Shown here: positions 54,155 through 64,000 of the stretch, in pieces | Layout: the number at the start of each line of letters is the position of its first letter | How positions within the stretch are numbered: the first letter of the stretch is position 1 | Assembly: GCF_964204645.1 (NCBI RefSeq) | Contig: NC_134025.1 | Coordinates: 21,928,299 to 21,992,298, forward strand | Length of the DNA stretch: 64,000 nt | Source of the DNA: Tubulanus polymorphus | Lineage: Eukaryota > Animalia > Nemertea | Direction: 5' to 3' | Translations under genes and position numbers: made by a program | Notes under the pieces: model-generated | The model's database searches: none | Seen by the model: the letters and a program-made list of their open reading frames with translations, nothing else | What the model was told of the DNA's origin: nothing

Positions 54155-54370
54155 ATAATAAAAAGGCCACTATATGCAAATTACAAGTATCAAAAACCGA
54201 TAATTTATTGTATCAAAAATATATATTGAAAAACACGACGTTTCGATCTCACCCTAGAGATCATCGTCAGGTACGTGTGTGACGATGATCTCTATAGGGT
54301 GAGATATATATACAATAAATTATCGATTTATGATACTTTCTGATAAATCTGTAAATAGTGGCTTTTCATC
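54155..54370 (-). mobile_element. Degenerate palindrome of a second Penelope-like family with a hammerhead core
   Basis: The - strand at 54270-54240 reads CTGACGA-T-GATCTC-TAGGGT-GAGATC-GAAAC. A partial inverted copy lies at ~54280-54365. Confidence 0.7.
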
Positions 54371-57300
54371 ATATCGTCTTCTCTCCACATTTGACTGTGG
54401 CTATTTTACCCTCGTATGTTATCATATATAAAACCAACCGAGCCCTGCCATCGATTTTGTCGAATTTTCCCTATCCAGCGCGAGCTAATGAACGGCAACA
54501 CCGTGGATAATCAACGAAGCTGGAAAAGGATTCGTTGCGATTTAATCTCATTCCCGAGCAACCACGCAATCACTGACGATCATCGCGGCATCTGGGCCCC
54601 GGCGTCTCGAAAATTCCCGAGACATTCCAGGAAATGTTGATTGAATGACGACATTGCCTTTCCAATTGGAAGAAATCTTAATGCGGTATGCGGAGATTAT
54701 GCCACGATGGAAAATTATTCACACCATAGGAAAGAAAAGTGATGAAAGCTGATTATTCCCAGGATATTCAAACAGCTTGATCTATCGAGCGAACCTAGCC
54801 CAAAAAGTTGCTTCACACGCATAGCACTTCCCCTCTGACATGTAATCTTTTTCAAAGAATACCGACTCAGTTATCACATGTTATGTGACAAAATGGGTGT
54901 ACTTGCAATCGATAAGTGAGTGCCTTTAATTGACTCGTCTAATTAGTTTAGTTGGTGTACTCAGGCCCGTGTTAAGCTTTTCTGAGGGGCAGTTCTATTT
55001 CAAGAAAAAGGGTACTTATTTACAGTGAAAAAGGGCACTTTCCCATTGAAACGGACAGATCTTAAATATGATTTCTTAGATAACCTAACCTTAAACATCT
55101 AACTTATAATTTTCATCACGTTACATCTATGATATCTGCCAAATATTCAACAATAAAACATTTTACTTATTGAACACATTACTGAATGATTGCTTTTCAA
55201 CATTTTTCAATAAAAACCATGAAAATTGTGTCCATATTTCGATAAATCTTGACCCGAATTTTTACACAGTCTTTTTGGAGGGTTTGAAAAAGTAAGGAGG
55301 TTCGTTCGCAACCCCCGAAACTCACCTCGGCACGGGCCCTCACTTGCCACTGGCCGCAAACTTTTCATTGGTCTATCATACCGCCAAAAATTTTTTTGTG
55401 CGGACAGTTGCTGAGCGGCAACCTGTCTGTCTCGACAACCAAACCCTGGCAAGCGAGGATGGCAGTATACTACCATGAATAACGGGTACGCGCTGAGATG
55501 TAACTGCAAAAGCTGATGTCGTGATACGTTTTACGAAACCACGCATCGTGAATAAATCATATAAATACTCTCGTTTCTCTCATCAACCAGATGATTTAGG
55601 GGTCGGGCAGAAGCGTGTTGAATAATGGTTCATTTTCTCGAAATTGTGAGAAAAACCGGCCCAGATAATTACAGGGGGAGCAATTTTCGCGCGATTACAA
55701 TCACGCAGGCGTATATAAATTTCATTTAGCGTATTCTCACGACGTTGGCAGAGGCGACTGTTCCTAGACTGGATACGTTCTGACAATGAACGTGAAAATT
55801 TAGTTTATTTACTCTTCTTATTTACTCTTCTTTAGAAAATGATTCTTAGCTGTCGGCTATTTGAGTATGGTGGCTTATTCGGGGCCACAAAATATCCAAT
55901 TGATAAGAGAACGTTTAAAAAGAATTGTTGTCTACACATGCTAAAATCGACTATAGTTGTTTTCAGCAAGTTGTTTCCAGGACCTAAAATGTTGTCTTAA
56001 TTGGCTGCTGAAATGAACGAAGTTGTTTTCAGCACGTGCTGAAACTATTTTTTGTTCAATCAGTTTGAAATTGTGTGGCCCGAATCCCTTAGTTAAGCAT
56101 ATCTCTATTGAAATAAGTCAATAAGTCATGAGAATGGTCCACTGTAAAATGTGTAGGCTTGGTATGGCTTAAACTAGAACTACCATATGTGACAATGAAA
56201 ATTCAATCAGCTCTTCTTACACGGCACAGTTGAAACATTTACTTATTCCACTTTTAAAATTTGAATATGTAAATATAGGTATATCAAAATAATAATGTCC
56301 CTAGGACTCCGACCTACCAAGCAATACGTTGATGACGTCATACCATCGTTCGGTTCTCGCTTGTTCACAGATTCCGACAATGGAGCCATTCAAATCGTCG
56401 TAGTCTCTTCGAAGCGTAGTGCAATTAGCAAGTTTCCTACGAATTATTTCGTTATCCGATAGGTTTGTATATATACGGTGCTGGTATTAATATTCAATTG
56501 TCGCCAAAATGAGGATGCCGTTATTGCTAATAAAAGAGACTAATGTTGAAACATTGACTGCGGCTACGCCCTGTGGTGCACCGATGAGTCTAGAATAGAA
56601 CTTGACCACTTAATGCGAAACAGGCGGTATACAAAATGAGCGGCATAATATGTGCGGCATGCAATTTCAGTTCAAAAATATCTTTCTTGTCTACGACAAA
56701 TAGTTGTAGAGATTTTATGAATCTAGCCTAATCTAATCTATATCGTGATGAGATTTAATACATCAAGCCTCATTGGTTGTTTCATTTTAGTAAAGGATTA
56801 TGCAAATAATCGTTTACGAAATAAAATTCTCTTTTAAAGAAATAGAAATTCCATTTAATCAAATTGGAAATGGTGTCGCGTATATGAAGTCCAATAAAGA
56901 TCTTCGCGGAAACAGTCATTCGTTGTTGATCCACAGTGGAGGAGTGATACAAGATATTCGCTTTTTGTATTTTTTTTATCGTATTGTCTCATTTTACAGT
57001 GAGTAGGTGGGTTTCAAATTGATGGATCGACCTCGAAACTTCGTGGGACCCCACTGCCATCGCTAGGCACGCGCGCTCTTCGATACGATGGCGTCGATAA
57101 TCACCTGCGTCACCATAGATCGAAATCATACACGTTTCTTTGCAAATATGTTACTGAACACGGTGAGAACACCTACCAGTGCTTTGCCCACCAGTGGAAC
57201 GCGATTAATATATATATATATATATATAAATATCAGAGTGTGAAACTCGTTCTCGGGTGAGGGTCAGAACTTCTTTCCTCTTTTCCAACCAGAAATGGAT

Positions 57301-57509
57301 ACTAAGCATAGAACTCTATTCGGAAAAGATTGAAATTACAGAGGGTCACTAGGATTTTTAGAGGGGGAGGTAAGGACTAATAAAAGCAGAACTATGCTAC
57401 TTCGCGCCGTAGCTGCCGTGCACCTAAGCCGAGCATTTATGAATCATGTTGCTTGAATGTTCTTGAATTTTAACCCTCTAGATGGGCTATGGCGGCACGC
57501 CGAAAAATC

Positions 57510-57545
<36 letters not shown>
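57510..57545. repeat. (TGA)n microsatellite
   Basis: Seen directly. Confidence 0.9.
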
Positions 57546-57546
<1 letters not shown>

Positions 57547-58984
57547 AATGTATGGAAATTTACGAAAAAACCGTAATTCGTAATTCGGAACTTCGATTTA
57601 GCAATGGGGGTCGTCTGCACCCTCCGACCCTCTCTGGAGACTCCCATGAATAAAGACATTCTAAAATGACAATTCGATAGTAACTAGCATAGATAATCAT
57701 AGATTTCAGGGGCAGAATCGAGATTTTGAGAAAGGGAGAGCCAATGGACCAATTTGAAAACTATGATGATGCAGTAGGAGTGCAGCCGCCTGTCATGAGC
57801 GCCTAAGGCGCGAAGCACCTCATGGGTCCTCCCCGAGAAAATTCTGCAAATGCTTTCCTGGTGCATTCTGAATGCTTTTTCTGTCAAATTGTAGCGCAAT
57901 GCATCATTACATTGACATGATTGACTATGTTTTTGAAACGTTTGGTCGGCCCGGTCGGCCCGGTCGCCCCTCTTGATTTCTACATTCACAAGTAATACGC
58001 TATCGCCAAAATCTGCGTTTAGCGATTAAAAATGAAGACGGAAGCTAATTGTGTTTAGTTGGTTTCGTTTCTAAAATTGGCCATATTTAAACTCCCACGA
58101 CGCACATTTGGATGGTGCATGTATACGTTTAAGATAATTTTGAAGCGAATACACGTTGGAAATTTACACGTTTCGGTTTAACTAGGCTAATCTGCCATGT
58201 TCGGAGGTGACATTCAAACCGCTTCGGCGGATCGTTACATCCTCGACCAAGTACCGACACCGGAGTGGGGGTAATTACGAACTCGTGCCTACGACCTTGC
58301 GCACGTAGAATAAAATCAGTAAATATCATAATCAGAAATGAACTTACCTAAACGGCGGCATCTACACGGCAAGCGCTACTTACATCCGTAAACAGAAGCC
58401 GGTTAACGCGTTGATCGACGTGGAAGAAAGAGCACATTCACCATCGCCATCTTTTACAAGTGACTGGCGACTGCGAAATACCAACAAGGCCTGCATTTTC
58501 TCGGGTGATAAGATCGGGGTTTTTTTAACACGACCCAAGAACCAGACGATGAAAAAGCCGAAGTCAATTCTTATCGTTATAAATGCGATACGGATTTTAT
58601 TCCAATGACACGAAAAATGATTGATATGTTATAATTTATCATTACATTATGTAAAAAGCCTCACGCGAATATTTGTTCGAATTTAAGCAAATATACACGC
58701 TTTAAAACTACAGTCTTAAGTGTCATAAATGCACGCATGCATACAAAAATGGAGCTATTGGTGGTAAACGTAGATATCTTTCCTAATCAACTAATAATTA
58801 TTACCACCGCCTACGAGTGTATGCCCTACTGCCATTTATCTCGAAATAACACAAAAAGTGATGAACGGATTTCTGCGGAGTTTTCGAAATCGTCTCCTTA
58901 CACATCAGCACGTGCCCTTATTAAAATCAAGATTTTTAATCCCTTGAGTAAAAATTCTTTATTTCCAAATGAAAACTCTTAATG

Positions 58985-59472
58985 AGGGGATCATTCATTT
59001 ATTACGTACGCATTAGCGCAGGGGGGGGGGTCAATTTACTCAAAAATGGAGGGCCGATTGCCGTAACAGCTCAAAAGGACTAATGTATTCTATGATCAAA
59101 ACTGAACTAAAGTTCGAACCACATTTGCATGACCTCCCTATTTCATTGCGACGCATATTGTGCCGGTTTAGATGTAGTAATCACTAACTACCGATTGAAA
59201 CCGGTAGATATAGTAATACACCCCAAAACCAGAGATTTTGTTTAAAATGCAACCAAAATGCAATTGGAAATGAATATCACTTTTTATATGAATGTCCAGA
59301 ATATACAATTCTAAGATCACAGTGCTTACCACAATTCTGTTTAACAAGACCTAGTCATTTTAAACTGATTACCCTTTTCAACTCCCCAAAAAATACTCTA
59401 GTCAAATTATGTAAGTTTCTGAAAGCGGCCTTTGAACCTCCATGATGTATCCCCCTAAATTACTAAATACTA

Positions 59473-59524
<52 letters not shown>

Positions 59525-59729
59525 TGCCACTATATTATATTATGTATTACATGAACGATATTTGTATACTGTACTTTGTACAAAGTTACAATAAATGAAA
59601 TGAAATGAATGAATGAATGCAATTGCATACTGTAATGCTTAATGTATATGAGTAATGGCCGATTTTGCGTACAGGGGGAGGGGGTAGAAAGTCAAATTTT
59701 ATGCGTACGTAATAAATGAATGATCCCCC
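58985..59729. mobile_element. MITE (~28-bp TIR) that hosts the LINE insertion
   Basis: GGGGATCATTCATTTATTACGTACGCAT ... ATGCGTACGTAATAAATGAATGATCCCC. A solo degenerate end lies at ~60480-60511. Confidence 0.75.
59035..59620 (+). mobile_element. 5'-truncated non-LTR retrotransposon (LINE): ORF2 C-terminus, 3' UTR and (TGAA)n tail
   Basis: Translates as QKWRADCRNSSKGLMYSMIKTELKFEPHL...RFRCSNH*LPIETGRYSNTPQNQRFCLKCNQNAIGNEYHFLYECPEY, with one in-frame stop. This is the IETGR / CxxC...HFxxxCP C-terminal motif of LINE ORF2. It is followed by AATAAA and TGAAA/TGAA repeats. Confidence 0.8.
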
Positions 59730-60696
59730 AGTAGTTTAGTACTACAGGATGAGTTTAAATGATCGAATTCAATAAACAAACTCCACCACCCCCCCTCTCC
59801 AACAAAAAAGAATTTACTAGCTAAAGCAATATCATATTGTAGTATTTGTAATTGAAGGAATTTCTCTCAATTGAGACTGAATAACAATGACAATATGACC
59901 ATATTGAAAAATGTTTGTTGAAATTTCGAAGCGAAATTCAACTTGGAGGGATTTTTACCAAGGGAGATTTTTACTTAGAGGGTTTCTACAGATGACCATT
60001 GTAACAGTCGAGGATGCAGTAAAGGGTGCCAATAAAAATGATATCCACTTCTCTTTTCTTCATAGGGAATCATTTTAGGCATCGAAGAATGGGCATCATT
60101 TTATTTAGACACCCTTCTACAGTATAACCCACACTTAACCTTCTTTTTAAAACATTCTTTAACGCTACAACGCCAAAAACACGTTCGACATTTCTGGACT
60201 CGGTTCCATAACTCTGGGTTAAGATAGGAAGGAATGAAAAAGACCAGGTTTTGAGTTAAATGCAGGCTACTTGCCAAGGTTCAGGAATACTTGCGCTATT
60301 TACACCAAGATGAATTTACAGAATGAGATGACAATTCATATTTCCACAATGCTATTAGTTAAAAATCCATCCCTAAATTTACCAATGACTTCTTCATGAA
60401 CTCGGAAAAATTTGTTAGCGTCAATTTGGATTATAGGCATAGCAGTCACCAATTTCTATTATAATTGAAAAAATTCAAATTTTATGCGTAAGTAATAAAT
60501 GATTGATCCCATTTCAATTACGATTACGCATTAAACCAGTCTAGATCGACGACGGAAAAATACAGAATCTGATAGAATGTAGTCCATAAGATAGATAAGC
60601 ATTCAGCAGCGAATTTTAGAAATCAACGCATTCATTATTAAAGTTTTTTTGCGGAATGAAGTTTGTAAAATGAATATTTAAGTGAAAAACTATCAA

Positions 60697-61050
60697 CAAG
60701 GTTCTTACAGGTTTCCTAATTTCGTTATCTATAACTTTTTCATAGCCAGATTATAGATTTTCCATACCCCTAAGTTACCCCTAACAGGCAATGGAGGCCC
60801 ATCCAAGGTAATTAAGTGCTAATTATCAATACCACCAACAGTGTTTTCATAAAACTTGTTATCAAATTGTAGTATGACATTTAGAATGACAAAATCCAAT
60901 TTTGAGACCATTTTCTGATTTTCCATATGACGTTTTCCATAGCCATAGGGAAAAAAAAAAATTTCCATACTATAGCTTTTCCTTGGCCTGGGAAAAAATT
61001 CCTCTTATTCCAAAACTTTCCGCGAGTTCAAAGATCCTGTAAGAACCCTG
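60697..61050. mobile_element. hAT-like MITE
   Basis: CAAGGTTCTTACAGG ... CCTGTAAGAACCCTG, flanked by TATCAA/TATCAC, with internal TTTCCATA repeats. Confidence 0.65.
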
Positions 61051-61815
61051 TATCACCGCTGTCAACTGCAGATATATATCGGGTTGAATTGTCGAATGGG
61101 AATGATAAAAATAAAACGCGATATCAAATATCAAAGACACATGATATCGAGATATAATGCAGAAACGTACAATTAACGGAAATTATGCTCGTGACGTTTG
61201 ATGTAATTGCAATCCGAACTGCATGACGTATTCATTACGATAAGAGAAAAGGTCTGCCGATCTAGTTAGACGAGGCTTGCACTTTAAACGTTAATTACTG
61301 CATTCAGCTGTTCGCGCAAAGATGGGTTCCGGATAAAGTATTCTCGTACTTTTACATTATCCGAGGCGTTTTAATCTAAGCAACTCGTGCAAACCTGCGT
61401 ACGGCGACAAATTAAATCGGCTCAATTAAAATGATTAAAATGAAACCATACGACAGACAATGAAGTAAATGAATATCTGAAAAGTTTTAGAGTTCATCTT
61501 CCGGGCGCCGTCATGCAGACGAGTTCCTCCAGTATGTACTGCGTTAGCTATATGTGGAATCTGCGAGTTCGTTACGAGTTCATAAATAGAAAATTAAGTT
61601 TCCACGTGCTCGTCTAACTTGTGGGCCAACCGATAAAGTATTCTCTAGCGCTTGAGCCGCCAAGCAAAACCCCTCATAAACGGGTTTACGAATAAAACCG
61701 GGAATTCGTGCACATTTATCAATCCATTGCACATCAACTTAGAAAGACGCTATCGCTAGCTGGCGAGATGAAAGTTATCCGCGTCGTTCGTCGAACGAAA
61801 GAAATCCACACGCAA

Positions 61816-62096
61816 TCATTCATCATCGGACGTTTCCTCCTCCGATAGAGGGTCCAACGGTTCGTCGGTCACGATCAAACAATTCTCATAGAGCAATTGA
61901 GCTATATCCATCTGTAAATACATCAAATAAACAATTAAGAAACGCGTATTCAAAAGAGCAGACGCCATCGTCATTCTTTGCTACGGTAGATTTCTGATTT
62001 CTAGATTTCTGCCTATTTTTTAAGGAAATGCAGCGCCGTGCTGAGATTTCAGTTTTTTTTAAATAGAAATGCATAAAACAAAAACTAGAATTATAT

Positions 62097-62171
<75 letters not shown>

Positions 62172-63892
62172 CATTCATCTGGTCTCAGCTTTTTCAGGTC
62201 AAATAAGTAGTATTTCTTCTTAGATTGGTACGATTTGTAGGAATCACCAGTGCAGATGGGGTGTTTTGTAGAAAATATGCTGTTCCAGGCATTTTAAGCC
62301 CCATTTTAATAGATGACATCACTAACACACTGCATGACAGACTGCTTTAGTAGTTAAGGGCATTTAACTAACTGGTGTTGTGCAATGAATTTGCCGTCTA
62401 TCATTAGAGTTTAGAAACAAGCGAAGTGATGGGAAATTTTTGCCATACAGTACATGTTTGGCAGGCAGAGCTAATTAAACCCCTCGTTTAAGTCCCACAA
62501 ATGAAAACCCGAGTAAAACCCACGTGTAACCCTGGGATAAACTGAAAAGTTGCTTATATTGTACTTCCCGGTCCCATCTAACTGTAACACCAATAAACGA
62601 GGGGTTCAGGGTAGTTGTCTACAAAAATCGTCAATCTGACAATTTCAATTTTCAACGCCCCCTCTTGTGAACATAGAATTTAGAAAGAAACCAATGGACC
62701 GTGACTCTCACGACAATCATAGAAAACTTCCACCACGAAAATATCGGGATTCTGTCTACAGATGGATGGATGAATGGATAATGGGCAAAAATCGAATGCA
62801 ATAACCCACAGGTACTGAAGTTCATAGTAGCAGTGTTTTCAATAAGAGCCAGGTCCCAGGTCCCAGACCCGTCTGTCGTTTGTAAAGGACCCGCCTGTTT
62901 TTTCAAACCAGCTTTCATTTCCGGGACTGTGACATATTATGGGACCCTCCTGTTTTTCAAAGGGACCTGGCTTGTTAATTTCTTATTGAAAACACTGAGT
63001 AGGCTAAAAATGTTGTAAGGTCAGTGTTGAGCAAAAACTGAGCTAGAGCCAAAATTCAGCGGCATCAATTCTGCCTACCGAGCACTTTGGCGTGTATGCT
63101 GTTACCTTATCAGTCAGATTTTCGAGAGGCAATTCATCCACGGTCACGAAGTACGGGTATTTATGCATCAGAAATTCTACAGCTGGCGCCACCTGAAAAA
63201 TATTATACCCATGTTTAACAACTGCAGCCAGCATGAGTAGAATAATAGAATAATACTTGCAAGGGTTAGATCACACTTGATTTACTACTGGCCGGTAGAA
63301 GTATCCTGCTTCATGGATCGGATGTTTTTCTCGCGTTTTACATTCGTTTCTTTTTATTTAGCCAAAAGGACAAAGAAAATATTTTCCCAAATAGGTAAAT
63401 CAACACAAACCTCAGCTGATATTTCGACCAGTTGTATGTCCTTTTCTTGATAGACGCGAGCGTTTTCCAGCGAATGATACACGCGAACTTTGTCGCCTTC
63501 TTCCATCACCAATCTACAGCAAAACAATTCTAAAATTTCTATTTGCAGTTTTGAGATATAGGGTCCCCACAGTGTTCCCAAGAGCGGATCCAGGGGGGAC
63601 TTGTACAGGTCCATCAAATCTGTTTGAGTGCCCCTTTTCATTATGTCAACAAAGGTAATTGGCGAATTTTGCCCTTTTGGGATGTGACAAGTAGTTCAAA
63701 ATTGGCCTCTAGATCCACCCCTTGTTCCAGTCATAGGTAACAATATAAATGTTTCATTAACTGCTTACCTAATTGCACCGTTGCGTATGATCTTAATGCG
63801 TGTGTCCGGATCCAATTCAGCTCGACCTATTATTCTCATGTTTTTCTTGTCCCACATCTCGCCCGTCATCACAATACTCGTCGCTCTTTCAG
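61816..63892 (-). CDS. RIOX1: Ribosomal oxygenase 1 / NO66 (JmjC histidyl hydroxylase), last 4 exons (C-terminal winged-helix region); 5'-partial
   Basis: Exons 63892-63769, 63513-63411, 63192-63106 and 61911-61816 join to ...ERATSIVMTGEMWD...ELDPDTRIKIIRNGAIRLVMEEGDKVRVYHSLENARVYQEKDIQLVEISAEVAPAVEFLMHKYPYFVTVDELPLENLTDKMDIAQLLYENCLIVTDEPL...*. This follows the NO66 C-terminus as I recall it (ERALSV...ENSRVYH...YPEFVRVGDLP...LYDKGLLLT). Confidence 0.88.
62831..62997. mobile_element. Short MITE with perfect 17-bp TIRs and a 5-bp TSD, in a RIOX1 intron
   Basis: AGTAG-CAGTGTTTTCAATAAGA ... TCTTATTGAAAACACTG-AGTAG, with internal GGGAC/GTCCC repeats. Confidence 0.85.
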
Positions 63893-64000
63893 CTGAAATT
63901 ACGAAACCGAACAATAATTCAACCGACGCCCTTCAACCGTTGCTCGATAAAATCTAAACATTTCTATAAGCTTTCCGGAGCTGCCAACCTTAGGAAAATG

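Noticed and set aside
56570-56610. CCGATGAGTCTAGAATAGA, resembling a hammerhead start
   Set aside because: The first box is mutated and no GAAA box follows.

Overview
AT-rich, intron-containing animal genomic DNA, probably from a marine invertebrate. A lophotrochozoan origin is my inference from the GPB5 loop and the repeat types. Five spliced genes can be assembled by hand from GT-AG junctions that keep the reading frame. (1) The 3' part of an ether-a-go-go (EAG/KCNH1/5) K+ channel, + strand, 6317-15266. (2) A complete 13-exon SLC6 Na+/Cl- amino-acid (glycine-type) transporter, - strand, 27050-20641. (3) Glycoprotein hormone alpha-2 (GPA2), + strand, 35593-38984. (4) Glycoprotein hormone beta-5 (GPB5), - strand, 50630-49800. 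(5) The 3' end of RIOX1/NO66, - strand, 63892-61816. The main points of interest are: the linked thyrostimulin pair next to EAG, which echoes human KCNH5-GPHB5 linkage; a candidate secreted 6-Cys protein that I cannot assign to a family, lying head-to-head with GPA2 and hidden by a 1-nt frameshift (33830-33445); and two Penelope-type hammerhead-ribozyme cores inside palindromes. The rest is MITEs, Harbinger, LINE and DIRS relics, and microsatellites. Most ORF-track entries are spurious. All coordinates were read by eye.
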